This document shows, in pieces, positions 23,685 to 36,435 of a stretch of 64,000 bases of DNA (the first letter of the stretch is position 1; each line of letters starts with the position of its first letter). The DNA lies in assembly GCA_951804945.1 (NCBI GenBank), contig OX638151.1, positions 63,984,001 to 64,048,000 on the forward strand. Direction: 5' to 3'. The position numbers and the translations under genes are program-made. This stretch comes from Podarcis cretensis (Eukaryota). The notes below the pieces were generated by a model. It had not been told where the DNA came from. It worked only from the letters and a program-made list of their open reading frames with translations, and made no database searches.

Positions 23685-26372
23685 GTGAGTTTCTACCATA
23701 CTTTTCCTGGGGTTTTTTTTTTTAAAAAAAGTCATAATTATAATAATTGCATTCAAATTATTAGGGTTTAGTTGTTTTATGTGAAATATTATGGAAGTGC
23801 ATTTTGAAGAAGTTCCTGCTGGAAATTTAGCTAGCAAGGAGGAAATATATAAAATCCTATCCTAGATAGGGATATATTTATCTTTTTTGGCTTAAAATAA
23901 TAAAAATATGCACAATAAACATCTAGTAACACCTGCGGTGTTTCCTATTGTGTTCTACCATTAGCTTGCAGATATGCTTGGTAGTCATAATTTTAAGTGT
24001 TTGAAAAGTTGATTGTGAATTTTCTCACAGAATATTCTACCTTGTTGGTAGAATTGAGGAGTAAGTTTTTCTGCTGTGTGTATTCCTTTTTCCATATTCT
24101 TTGTTTTACTTTTTTGTATTTCTAGTCTCTTTTTAATCATGAGCAGTGTTTTGAGCAGGAGGGACCAAATTAACCAGAGTAATGTGTGACTACAAGAGAA
24201 AACAGTGCCATCTGGGCTTTCACGTTCAGTGACAAATAAGGAGCCGAGTCATCCATTATTTGAGATTGGCATGAGAGACAGGTGTATAAAATTTTAAAGC
24301 AGTTGCTTTATTTGTATTGGGCTAAAGTTCATTGCACTCTGGATAGTATCATATGCTTTAAAATGGGATGAGAGAGTTCATTATGGGGAGGAGCGAGATG
24401 CATTTTTACTGCCTACATCTCATTGCAGGCCAAATTGAACAATGGATTACTTACACCCAACCCAAACATCACTAGTAAGGTGTTGGTTTTGTGTGACACG
24501 TAGTCACACAAATTGCCCATTAATTGCAAATGCCAAAAACCTGAGGCCCTTAAAATTGCAATATTTAAATAATCCAGAGTTGGCTTGTTGTTGGCTCTCT
24601 TCTTTGCTGTGCTTATGGTTTCATTGTTTCATAATAGAGTAGGATAGCTAAATTCTTAATAGTAAAATATTACAGTTTATCAAGGGTACCTAAACTAGGG
24701 CAAAGTACTTTAAAGAATTACAATAAATTGTTATGTTCAATTGGACTGTGAACAACCAATATTTGTAAAAACTGACCTAAGAAGTTAGACAAGAATATAA
24801 TCAACAAAAAAGGGATATATAACATTCTTGTTATGGAATGACATGTATGCTGTGAAATATAAAGCAACATTTTAACAGCTTAGTAGTTTAAATGGGAAGA
24901 TGGAATTGGGACTGGTTATTATTACTGAGGGTGTATCCAGTTTTAAATTTTAAGAAACACTATTACTTGGTGGCAAATAAGTATATTAGAGAGAGATGAT
25001 TTAGTGGTGCTTGCTTTTATTTCTTTAAAGTATTTTTATTCTGCTCTTCATGCAAAAAACCCCAAAAAAACGGCTCTGGTGTGACTTACAAAAATCATCA
25101 AAAAGGTAGTCCTTGCCCTTGGGCTTTAGATCAAAAGAGAGACACACGGAAGCAAAAGGGGTTTGAAGGGGGCGAGAAAACAAGCTCATGCACTTGAGCT
25201 TCTTGTAATGACCAGCTGGAATTGAAAGATTTGGGAAAGAAGAGCTAGAAGTTGCTGGTCTTTCAGCAGACTCTTAATGTGCGCTCAATAATTTGGTTTG
25301 TTTTCTTCACATGATGTGAGTGGACTTAAAGGGCAATACAATGCACTTGCACTTGCCGAAGCATGCAATCCTGTATGCAAATTCTGTTTCCCCATGTTAT
25401 ATATTAGATTTAGAATTTACATACTTAATATAAATGTAAGTATGTAATTTTAAGAACCTAAGCTTCAGGCACCCTATTCTTTTCTTCCTTATAGCAGTTG
25501 CTCCTCCACATCTGCCTCAACGCTACACCACAATCTTTTTATCTTTTCAGAAATGTTACCAAAGTCCATTTTCCAAGATCTTCAAATTAGTTACTTAATG
25601 TGGTTTATACCTTAGTTATAATCATTTAATGTTTTGGTGTAAGTAATATTGTGCCATATAGTTCCTGTTATAAATGAGCCTTCTATATAGGATAGTGTAT
25701 GAAACATTGAAAGGCAGCTATGACTTGGACCGAACTTTGGGTCTTGCCATGCCAGCAACTAGAAACAGGTCAAGACTGTTTTTTAATGCTACTTCTTTTA
25801 AGTTACTTGAAAGTATTTTTCCTATTACATCTCTGTTGTGCTATTTCAGTTAAAATGCATTTTAAAAAATCTAGGCTCTTTCCATGTCTCTTACTTTTTC
25901 TCCTTTCTTGCTTTTTATGTTGAATATTCTAGACTACCAGACTTTGATTGTTCATTGCAATGTGCAGTAAGAGAACAGTAACTCCCGAACACATGTGTTT
26001 AATTTCTCCATCCTTCAAAGCTAGGCTTTTAAGCTGCTTCTTTGGAGAACTAGAAGCATCAGCAAAAATTGCTGAATTTTGTGTTTTCTGTGGACTACTA
26101 GACATTAGAAATTTCTCACTATCATATACTACTTTTTCAAAGTGTTATCTTGGATACGCCCCTTTTTTAAAAAATATGTAAACGCTCTTCTGCTAGCTAG
26201 AATGCCATTACCTTAAAGTGGCTGTTAAATTCTGTAGATTGATCCATAAGCCACTTCATTTGTGTGTGGTATTATCTGATGAATGATAACAAAGCATATT
26301 AGTTCATGCATTAGGAATTTATCATTTGCTTTGTGTAAACAAATTAAATGCATAAATGCTTTGGTTAATCAG

Positions 26373-26519
26373 TTTCGAATTAGGGGCAGAGGAAGAGCCA
26401 GAGGCGTGTTTGCTGGAACAAATACTGGTCCCAGCAACTCAAACACTACTTTTCAAAAGAGACCGAAGGAGGAGGAATGGGATCCTGAATATACCCCAAA
26501 AAGCAAGAAATACTTCTTG
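26373..26519 (+). CDS. BCLAF1: BCLAF1 exon 11 (147-nt cassette exon)
   Basis: [15 protein letters not shown]...[17 protein letters not shown]; symmetric phase 0; weak pyrimidine tract. Confidence 0.95.
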
Positions 26520-26777
26520 GTGGGTGCCATACTATTATGCATGCATCTTTTCTCAAAGCTTGTCTTATAAGCAGATTTATGTAGGCAATATCTAAAGCAT
26601 CTTCTATCATTTGAAGAATCTTAAGAGTTCTATAGAGGGAGCATTAGAGCTCATACTTGCTTTTATATCCATCTACGTAGACTGATAAGAAATGACTAGC
26701 TGTAGAAGACAGCTTTTTGCACAACCTCTTGCTTTTCAGTTGTGAAGAGAAAAGGAGAGAAAGTCTAGCACTTACAA

Positions 26778-26913
26778 CAGGTGTCCCCAAACTCGGCCCT
26801 CCAGATGTTTTGGGACTACAATTCCCATCATTCCTGACCACAGGTCCTGTTAGCTAGGGATGATGGGAGTTGTAGTTCCAAAACAGCTGGAGGGCCGAGT
26901 TTGGGGGTGCCTG
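26778..26913. mobile_element. hAT (Charlie-like) palindromic MITE
   Basis: CAGG...CCTG termini, near-palindromic body (CCCAAACTCGGCCCTCCAG / CTGGAGGGCCGAGTTTGGG), imperfect 8-bp TSD acttacaa/acttactc. Confidence 0.85.
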
Positions 26914-28565
26914 ACTTACTCCTGCAATACAAAGTTGTAAATACCTTATTCTATAGCAGATTTCACAGTTGTAATACCTGCAACTGTAAGGTGTTTGGCT
27001 TGCATAAGAGCTGTGAGAGAAACCAATAGTAATTGCACCACTGGTTTCAGTTGAATAAAAATTAAAACCTTGCCCCTCCTGTTCACCCCAACTGCCACCC
27101 CCAAGTACCTTTTAGGCCCTGAGGAAGTTATAAATGCTTCCCTGACCCAAAGCCTTTGGTCAATATATGACCAGAGAAAAAAAACACATTTTTGCATTGT
27201 ATTCTCCTGATGCCCCTTAGACCCGGGTTTTTTTTTTGGGGGGGGGATGTTTACAACAAACTTTACCTGCACCATAACCTTGTGCTGCTTTTATGAGGCA
27301 AAAGAGAGTTATTTATGCCTTCCCTATCAGTGTTAGCCTGGTCATCCAGGGTCAGGTAATGGGCAAGTTTATGTCACAAAAGGGTTGCCCCCAGAGTATA
27401 GCATTTCCAGTAGCAATTCATTTATTGGAGGGAAAGTAAAAGCATCCATTCAAGGAAGCCACCGAAGTCCTGTCTTCTATCCAAAGTGATTTGGGCTTTG
27501 CAATTCCTTAACTTGTTTTTAGCCTATTTGCATTGGGAAGAAAGTCAAGGCTATATCTGAATAGCCTTGTCTATCCTGTGTTCTGTTTCATGGTCTACAC
27601 TATGTCAATATTGGGAACTTGCATTTCTGTGTAAAATCTTTCTGATTGCTCACTTGGCAGATTTTTATAGATGAAAATCAAAAAATATAAAGTAAGTGTG
27701 ATCTGCAACAAAATGTTAACAGTGCTTGTTCCCCTTTCTCCCTCCTCCAGCAGCCAGCCAACATTTTGTAGGCATTGTACATACCTAGCACTAATTGGGC
27801 TGTTTTGGGAATCCTCCACTTTATTCTGTTTTTTTGTGCAAATCTTGGGAGTTCCTCTAAGTTTTGACTATATAAGTTATAGTTGCAACCACACTCATTC
27901 CTCAGCATTGGAAATTGAAAGAATGATATGGTAGGCATGGTTAGTTTTCTTTGATTTTTTTGATGTAGCAAATCTGCCATGTGACTTTTCAGAAAATATG
28001 TACCGGTATATTAACCCATTATTTACTGTTTCTTCCCATACATTTTTTGCATTCCATCAATTAGTACTGGTAAACCCAAGGGTGTGGTATAGATAATTGA
28101 AACATAGACAATTTATATTGAATCAGACAAGCAGAAGTTTAGAAGCCTGTGCAAATGACTAAGATACTTTGTTGCACCTAAAACTATGAATAATCTGTTC
28201 TGTGTCCCTTCAAATCAACGAGGGCCCTTAGATCAGTGGTACAGCATATGCTTTGTATATCTAACACACTAAATTTAATCACTGGCATCTCCAATTAAGG
28301 CATCTTTGGTAGCAGCTCTGGGAGATGCCTCTACCCAAGACATAGTTTTGCACAAGCTTTCCAGTCCAAATGGACAATGCTGAGTTTGATGGACCCAGTA
28401 TTCTAACTTGATATTGGGCAATTTTGTATGTCTGTATGCTTCAGAACATCAAGAACAAATGACTCAGCTACAGTTTTTAGAGATGTGAAGCAGGCGGTTT
28501 AAACTTTTCCAAATAAAGTGTGTTAGATGCTTAATTTTCCATTGTTAATCCATGTTTTACTCTAG

Positions 28566-28772
28566 CATGATGACAGAGATGATGGTGTAGATTACTGGGC
28601 TAAAAGAGGAAGAGGTCGTGGCACTTTCCAGCGTAGCAGAGGAAGATTCAACTTCAAAAAATCAGGTAGCAGTCCAAAGTGGACACATGACAAATACCAA
28701 GGGGATGGGCTTGTGGAAGATGAAGAAGAAACAATGGAAAATGAAGACAAGGAGAGACGTAAAGAAGAAAAA
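28566..28772 (+). CDS. BCLAF1: BCLAF1 exon 12
   Basis: [19 protein letters not shown]...[13 protein letters not shown]...KEEK; 207 nt, phase 0; donor AAA|GTAAGT. Confidence 0.96.
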
Positions 28773-28889
28773 GTAAGTAGTTCTGGTTTATGAACTCCTT
28801 TATTGCTCTATGAATTCTAATTCTAATTTTAAATGGCTTAAAAACCCAAAGTGTAAATAGTGCAAACATTTTCATCTCTTTTGGCACAG

Positions 28890-28895
28890 GAATAG
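28890..28895 (+). CDS. BCLAF1: BCLAF1 terminal exon, coding part (E-stop); 3' UTR follows with AATAAA at 29285, 29921, 30193, 30901
   Basis: Acceptor ctcttttggcacag|GAA TAG; gives a 2757-nt CDS = 918 aa ending KEEKE, like mammalian BCLAF1. Confidence 0.85.
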   Translation, partial: E

Positions 28896-31084
28896 TAAAT
28901 TTGAAGATGAACTACAGCTGAAAACATCTATGTGCTATCTACACAGCATTATAATATGACTTGTCTTCAAATGAATGTAAGCATTTTACTTAAATTTTAT
29001 TGTTGGAGAGTAGTTTAGTTTAGTTTTTGTTTTTTGTTCTTTTGCAATCTCACTAAATAGTAACTGTTGATGATTATACAAAAGCAAGTAGAAAAAGTAC
29101 AATACTATTTGTCATGAGCAACTTTTTAAAATGTTTACTGATTGTTATAAGCAGTGTAACTTTGCTTTGTCCAGAATATATGGTGAGAACCCTGAAAGTT
29201 GTATTTCATTGCCCCTTCCACAGCTGTGTTTATTCTAAAGTAAAACTTAGGTCTGCACATCTAAATCTTGAGGCAGCGTTTTAAAATAAATCAGTACTAA
29301 AGATCAATTCTATGATGGAGTTAGTAATTTCCTGAACTTTTTATTTGTGTGGCTTATGTTTAAATTGCAGCATAATATTACTTTGACTGATTTGGGGTGG
29401 GAGACTAATAATTTGTTTAATGCAGCCACCAAATGTCTCAACATTTGAACAGCACTGCAAGATTAAGGATTTGTAATCTGTTTTCACAAAGCTTGCTATT
29501 GATCACGTTTGAGAACCTGAGTACTTTGCTATCTTTTGTATCCCATTTTCTGAAAAATGAGTGCAAATAGGACATTATGCAAGTCAGTGTTGGGATCTTA
29601 TTAATTCTCTCATACATTCACATTTCTAGAACACGATGGGAGTTCTCTTCTGAACTGATCTAGATCTGACAAGTAGAGCTGTAGCTTAACAGGTGCTACG
29701 TTTCTCCGTCCACATACCCTTACTGCTAATGGGGAAATGCCTCAACTGTTTGTGCAACAGCACTAAAAGTAGCTTGACCTTCTGCATACTTTTCTTACAA
29801 GAAGACTTGTCCTACATTCCAAACCTTTAGGCGTACGACAGAAAGAGGTAAATTGTAGTGAAAAAGTTACCTTTAACACAAGCATGTTTCAGTGTTTCCC
29901 CCCCCAGAGTTTACATGCATAATAAACATAGTCTTATGTAAAGCACTAGATGCTATCCATTTATAACATTTAAGCAGTGTGTATAACGAAATGACATTAT
30001 TACTGCAGGAACATTAGAGGAAGACTCACTGACATCTCGTGAAAGTGTCGGCCAGAAAACTCATGGCAATATTGATCCAGCTACCAAATGTATCAATCTT
30101 TTCCCCAGTTTGTAAAATAGTATTTTCCGTGGGTTTTCTTCAGATAAATAACTTGACCATTTGGATATCTTCATGTTTTCAGTCTTCAGTGGAATAAAGA
30201 TGTGAAAATTCTAAAATGACATGAGACTTTCATTTGCAGGTCCAACACATGTCATAGAAACATTATTAAAGCTGTATGTTTAAGTCTAAGCTATAAGGAT
30301 TCTTGGAGGAAAGTCTGACATTCTATTTTACATTTAAAAACCACATATTGAAAGAGTAATTTAAGCCAAACTTGAATTCATGTGTCCATTTAAAAGCTGA
30401 AGACCAGTGTTTTGTCCAGTAAATTCTACTGCTTGAAATCATATTTCAGTAATTGCTAAGTTCTGAAAGTCACACTGTTGGTACTTGTACTCGACTGCTG
30501 CTGCCAGGTATTAGACTGAATGGCATCTATAAATGCAAAGCATTGAGGTGTACCGTTGAGCATACCCTGCTCAGTATCTTAATGGTAACATGCAAAGTAC
30601 TGTATTCAGTAGTAAAAAAAAATCATTTTTTTGTAAGGTAAACTGTGATATGAAGATTATGGTCTACATTATGACATCACAACAGAGCTTCTCTTTCCTA
30701 TTCTCCCTTCAGGCCCCCAAATCTGTTCCAGAGAGTTGGGGAACCCTATGGAGCAATTTTTGGGAGCTCGGGGGGTGAAATTGGAAGCTCTGTTGCACAA
30801 GCAGATGGGTATTATGGATGCAGCCTAATTTATTCTTACCTTGTTAGGTTAAGTAACCAAGAAGTCTAGATATAGGTGTCCAAATTACTTGTTTTCACAA
30901 AATAAATTCTAGGCTTTTGTAATGTACGACCATGCATCTCCTTTATAAAACTGTAGTTTGGATCTAAAATGGAGATTTATGCTTTCTTAATCTAGTCACA
31001 GATCACACAGGATTTTATTTTTATAAGCCCTTGGGTGGAAGCACAGTGCCTATTTTAAACAAGGTTACAAGAACAGAGTTTACA

Positions 31085-31264
31085 ACTAAACATTAGGAAT
31101 AACTTTTTGACAGTAAGAATTGTTTGAAAGAGGAACGAACTCCCTCAGAACGTGGTGGACCCTCCTTCATTGGAAGTTTTTAAGCAGAGATTGGATAGCC
31201 ATCTGTCATGGACGCTTTAGGCTAGATGCCCCTCAGGGTCCCTTCCAACAGTTCTATGATTCTA
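31085..31264 (+). mobile_element. CR1 LINE 3' end fragment
   Basis: TTGGAAGTTTTTAAGCAGAG...GGTCCCTTCCAAC...TTCTATGATTCT tail. Confidence 0.85.
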
Positions 31265-31393
31265 AGGTAGATTAGCTCAGAAGTCATCAATTTACAACAG
31301 TAGCATAGATTTGCAACATTGGGAGCAATGGATTGTCTCTGACTAAATCATATGAGCAGACCCATTGAAATCAGTGGGCTTAATTTAGTTACT

Positions 31394-31725
31394 AACATGA
31401 GAACATAAAAAGAGTCTGCTGGATCACCATCTAGCCCAGCATCCTTTTCACAGTGGCCAACTGGATGTCTGTGGGAGACCCACAAGCAGAATTCAAGAAC
31501 AAGAGCACTCTCCCCTCCTGGGGTTTCCTGCAACTTGTATTCAGAAGCATTACTGCCTCCAGAAGTGAAGGCAGAACGTAACCATCAGGGTTTGAAGCCA
31601 CCAGTAGCTTACTCCTCCATTAATTTGTCTAATCCTCTTTTTAAGCCATCCAAGTTGGTGGCCATCACAGCGAGTTCCATAGTTTACTGTAACTATACAC
31701 TATGAGAAGACGTACTTTCATTTAT
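31394..31725 (-). mobile_element. CR1 3' fragment inserted into an older palindromic MITE (about 31330-31803)
   Basis: ACATGAGAACATAA tail-end motif and GCCATCCAAGTTGGTGGCCATCAC; flanked by inverted arms CCCATTGAAATCAGTGG / CCATTGATTTCAGTGG. Confidence 0.7.
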
Positions 31726-32438
31726 ATATCCTATTGGACTATTACTAAAGTAGTCCATTGATTTCAGTGGTTCTACACTGAGCATTACTTAATCAGATAC
31801 AATTCAATATCTACAAAAGCGGGGAGGTTTTGTGAAGTAGTGGAAAAATTGGCCAGCTCATTTCAGGTTGACAAGTTTATGCACCAAAACCCACCCATTT
31901 GATTGAGCTGCAACTTGATGTTCAGGAGGGCAGGTGTGCCCTTTATTTTAAAATCTAGTAAGGTAAAGGTATTATGACATTGTCACATTTATTGAATTCC
32001 CTGACATCTTCTATTTTCAGGAAGTACAGTCAGATGTGACCCCTTCTGATAATAAAAGGCATCAAAGTCTGATGGTAGAATGGTATTCTTAGGCATTGAA
32101 ATAAACAACTCAGTCCTAGAGGCAAGCCTAGTGATGATTAATATAACAACCGCAAAATAAATCTATCTGTTGGTCCTCCATAGCTCTTGCTTATGTCATT
32201 TCCCCATTAATTCAGATTACTAAAGATGTGCTCAAAGTGAGTTATGTTTACTTGTATACTATGGTCCTGTCAAGTCCTGGGGTTTTGTGGGGTTTGAAAA
32301 GGCTAACCAAAATAATTTTGCCATTGATGTTTCTTCCTCGAGAAATTCACAAAGTCACTTCCAAGAGCATTGGCACAAGAGCATTGCAACAAGCTTAGTT
32401 CTGGTATACTGAACATACTGACAGACATATGATATAAA

Positions 32439-32515
32439 AGCAGTGGAAGACAGGAGTGCCTGGTGTGCTCTGGTCCATGGGATAACGAAGAGTCGGACAC
32501 GACTAAACAACAACA
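32439..32515 (+). mobile_element. RTE-BovB 3' end fragment
   Basis: GAAGACAGGAGTGCCTGG...GTCCATGGG...AAGAGTCGGACACGACTAAACAACAAC. Confidence 0.85.
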
Positions 32516-33366
32516 GACAGAACTGACCACCTCCATCTACCTTCTCATACACCAGACACACTTCTGCTCTATTTCTTTATTCAAACCCAGCCACCTTAAA
32601 AAATGTGTTGGTGATAACCACTTGTACTGTTCCAGGAAGAACTGATAAATGAAAATAAATGACTTGGACATAAATGTGTTGGTTAGTTTTATAATGTGGC
32701 AGGAGATGGAAAGTTTGTAGTGTATTAGATATATTTATATCAAAACTCGGAAGATTAGGGTAAAAGTAACAAAATCATCAGGATCATCCTACATATTGGT
32801 GAAAATCCCAAGTAGTCAGGCACGTGCAGCACTAGTTCAGAAATGGCAAGAAGAATGAGCTACGGCACAGAATTTGAGCATTGGGGAAAACCAAAGAGCA
32901 AATGCAGTGAGCAGCAAGGCCTGAAATACCATTCTTTAGTTTCTGTTTTGGCTTAAATTTAAGAACCAAATACATTACAATGAACAAGGGTTAAAAGCAT
33001 GGATGTGGTGATACAGACTTCCAAACCACTTTGACTGAGCAAAGTAGCAAACAAGGAAGGCCCTGTCAGACAAGTGAAATAAGGTATGTGTTTTGACATG
33101 CAGGACCAATTCAGTGTTTCCATGACTGAAACTGCTGTGTTTCCTGATGAGAGAGTTACACAGAGACATGTTCCAGGAAGCTGCAACTGGCCATAGATTC
33201 AAGATGTGATAGATCGGAGTGACCACAGACACAATCTCAATTTGGAAACAAGATTTTTCTGAACCAGATGAGAGGTTTGTTTCTTGGACTATGGAACAAT
33301 CACAGTGCCAGTAGTGGTTAAGCACTAAGGTAAACCTGAAGGCATTGCTTTCTTGAGACTATTGTA

Positions 33367-33592
33367 CAGTGGTACCTTGGGTTACATACGCTTCAGGTTA
33401 CAGACTCTGCTAACCCAGAAATAGTACCTCGGGTTAAGAACTTTGCTTCAGGATGAGAACAGAAATCACGCGGTGGTGCAGCAGCAGCAGCGGGAGGCCC
33501 CATTAGCTAAAGTGGTGCTTCAGGTTAAGAACAGTTTCAGGTTAAGAACGGACCTCTGGAACGAATTAAGTACGTAACCAGAAGTACCATTG
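33367..33592. mobile_element. Tigger/pogo-like MITE
   Basis: TA|CAGTGGTACC ... GTACCATTG|TA; internal GGTTAAGAAC repeats. Confidence 0.85.
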
Positions 33593-33825
33593 TATCTATT
33601 TGTTAACAGTGCATGTTGCAAGCAGAGAAAAAGGCTACAACTTGGGAGTGAAAGCACACCTGGCATCTTTACAACAACCAACAGTGTTTAGTGGTGGGAG
33701 CTCATACACTTTAAGCGGGCTCATACTCTGGGAAGGGGATTTATAGCAATAATCAAGACTAAATTTGAAAATAAAGCAAGTTGAAACCTGGAATTTTCCT
33801 TTGCACAAAAATTAAATCAGATTTA

Positions 33826-34156
33826 AGGTAAAGGGACCCCTGACCATTAGGTCCAGTTGTGACTGACTCTGGGGTTGCGGCACTCGTCTCGCTGTATTGA
33901 CAGAGGGAGCTTCCGGGATACAGCTTCCAGGTCATGTGGCCAGCATGACAAAGCCGCTTCTGCAGAACCAGAGCAGCGCACTTCCCGCCAGAGCGATACC
34001 TATTTATCTACTTGCACTTTGACGAGCTTTCAAACTGCTAGGTTGGCAGCAGGGACCAAGCAATGGGAGCTCACCCCATTGCGGGGATTCAAACCAACGA
34101 CCTTCTGATCGGCAAGCCCTAGGCTCTGGTTTAACCCACAGCACCACCCGCGTCCC
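33826..34156 (-). mobile_element. Sauria SINE with tRNA-derived head (near full length)
   Basis: Minus strand begins GGGACGCGGGTGGTGCTGTGGGTTAAACC; B-box GGTTTGAATCC; ACCTTT tail; 12-bp imperfect TSD aaatcagattta/aaatcaaattta. Confidence 0.92.
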
Positions 34157-34779
34157 AAAATCAAATTTAGGAAGGTGAAATCTAGTAATACTGTTCATTA
34201 GCATGTGCAGAATTGCACTCCTGTTTTAGATATTTGCATAGCCATCAGGAAACCATTGATTTGTAGTATACACTATTCCCTAGGGTTTAGCAGTTTTGAG
34301 ACTTCATCTGCAGAGTGGTGGTTATCAAGGCAGGTCCTAAACATTCTGCTTCCTGAGCAAAGGACGGCTTCCCCCATTCCATGTAGAGAAGCGGAACCTG
34401 AATCTTCAGCCCTGGTAATGGCATATCATCCTCCAATGCACCCGTGTGGCGCTTTGAGATCCCTGTTCGCTTAGGGCGGTGCACAAAAAAAGATTCGTGG
34501 CACACAACCTCGTTCTCCAATAAGCTAGTGGACCTCTGGAGGAATGGCTGAGGGGCTGCCATGGCAGCTTTTTTTTGGAAATTGGCTCACCTAAGCCGCC
34601 CTGAGTCGCTGTCAGAGGGAAAGGCGGGCTATAAATAAATATAATAATGGTAGGGATGGCAACGGTTGTTAAGTTTTCATTAGCTTCAATGGGTACTTGA
34701 TGAGATATTAGGTGATTATAGCTTTTGTCTTGTGTGCTGTCTCCCATAAAAGCAGCTAGAAGTGCAACTAAAACCACAA

Positions 34780-35830
34780 CCCCTCGCTGACGTATGTTTA
34801 ACATATATGAGACACTGCCTCTGTGCACACTGCGGACGCAACAGCACCTCAGCGACTCTGCCGCCGACCGACTAGAGCTCGCTGCCGCTTCCCATCAGCC
34901 CCCGCGGTCATAAAGCGTCTCTCCTACGGTTGGGCTCCGCGCCGCGCCGCGGCAAACCACACCCTTTCCAGAAACGTCGCCTTAGCGCTGCGGGATTGGC
35001 TGCAGAGCGAAGCCACGCCTCTTCCCGCTCGTCCAATCAAGAGAGGGAGTGCCAAGGTTTGATTGCGCTGAGTCCTTGTCTCGCGCTCAGCGTCTTTCCG
35101 CTCCACTCTCGCTTCGGCGTCCGCGCGCGCGTGTCTGTGAGAGAGAAGTCTCGCGGTGGCGGGTGAGTTTCCCCTCCGGCAGCTGCTTCGGTCTCCGCGC
35201 GGCGCGCTCGTGCTGCGGGGCGGGCTTCGTTCTGCGCCCTGTTTTAGCTGACGGTTTGGCAAAGTCGTATGAAAGCAGCCCCTCAACGGCTGAAGGAGGA
35301 CCGTTGGGGCGGGGTTGGCTCTCTCCACGCGAGTTGTGGGTAGCTCCCTTCCCGGCCGATAGGAAGCGGGCCTGTCGAGAGAGAAACGAGGGGATGCAAA
35401 AAAAAAAAAAAAGGCCACCAACAGCCCCCTCACCGAATGGTAAAACTCCCCTTCCTGATCCCTCAGCAGCTGCAATTAACGAGCGAGGAAAAGGGATTCC
35501 TCTGCTTGAGACCTCTCGCCCGCTCTCCCTTCTTCCTGTCACATTGTTGAGGTCTTTGCAAAAGCTGCAAAGTTTGTCCTGATAACAGTTTCTCATTCAG
35601 CTAATACTTTTTTTTGTTTTCAATATTTTTATATAACGGTTTAATCATGTTTCCAGGTCTGTTTACAAAAAGTCGTTTCCTTCCGCATCTAAACGCACGA
35701 CCGTCCCTTTCCCTTTCTTCCGTAGAAACGTGACCCTCCGAATGGTGCAGCAATAAAACTGCTCGCACATTTGCAAAGCTGAACCGGGTCCAGGTTGGTT
35801 TCGAATTGGATCGGGGAGCGCGGGTTGAGG
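34780..35830. promoter_or_regulatory. CpG-island promoter of MTFR2
   Basis: CpG-rich; CCAAT boxes 34995-34999 (reverse) and 35033-35037; E2F-like TTCCCGC 35022-35028. Confidence 0.85.
35070..35162 (+). other. MTFR2: MTFR2 exon 1 (5' UTR; start approximate)
   Basis: Donor CGG|GTGAGT at 35162/35163, just downstream of the CCAAT boxes. Confidence 0.65.
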
Positions 35831-35834
35831 TTGC

Positions 35835-35893
35835 TGCGTTGCAGAGGGTTGGACTAGACGACCCTGGGAGTCCCTTCCAACTCTACAATTCTC
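35835..35893 (+). mobile_element. CR1-type 3' tail fragment (SINE or LINE)
   Basis: GGGTTGGACTAGACGACC...TCCCTTCCAACTCTACAATTCT, the same tail as the SINE at 2767. Confidence 0.65.
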
Positions 35894-36372
35894 AGTTTGA
35901 GGTGTTGGTGAAATGGTGGTTGTGTTAAACATCAGCTGCCTCTTGAGTTAAGGGGCGGGGGGGGGTGTTTTTTGAGAAATTGTGGTTCATTCTCTTGGGT
36001 GTAAAAGTGTGGCAATGTTTTTTTAGTTGTGTGTGAGAGGTGTGTCCCTTTTGAATATTAATACTGCTCCTGCAAACACATGCTATGGATCGAGCTTGAG
36101 TTTGGGGAAAGTACTCTACAATTCAATGATTCAATTATTATTTCTAATAATTTATAATACTCCTTCCTTATTACTCTTTTAACTAATTGTGCTTTTACAT
36201 TGCATTTATAAATATTTCATGTGGATGTATAAGTAAACTGAGTTTGTAGTTTTACCCTAATTATGAAATAAACTCTTCTCTTTGCAGCTGTAGCAAATAT
36301 TTGCTGAGCCCCTCTGGCATGTGCAACAGTAATTTTTAACTGGCACTTGAGTTAATTCAAGTGCTTTGTACT

Positions 36373-36435
36373 ATGTCTCTTGTACTGAATCTCTTAAGAC
36401 AACTGCTGGAATATTATGGTGTGCCACCAGAATTG
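36373..36435 (+). CDS. MTFR2: MTFR2 first coding exon (exon starts 36288; MSLVLNLLRQLLEYYGVPPEL)
   Basis: Matches recalled human MSLILNILREMLEYFGVP; donor TTG|GTAAGC, phase 0. Confidence 0.92.

Noticed and set aside
34823-35596. Long ORFs (169-183 aa) at the MTFR2 promoter
   Set aside because: CpG-island open frames without homology; the real MTFR2 ATG is at 36373.
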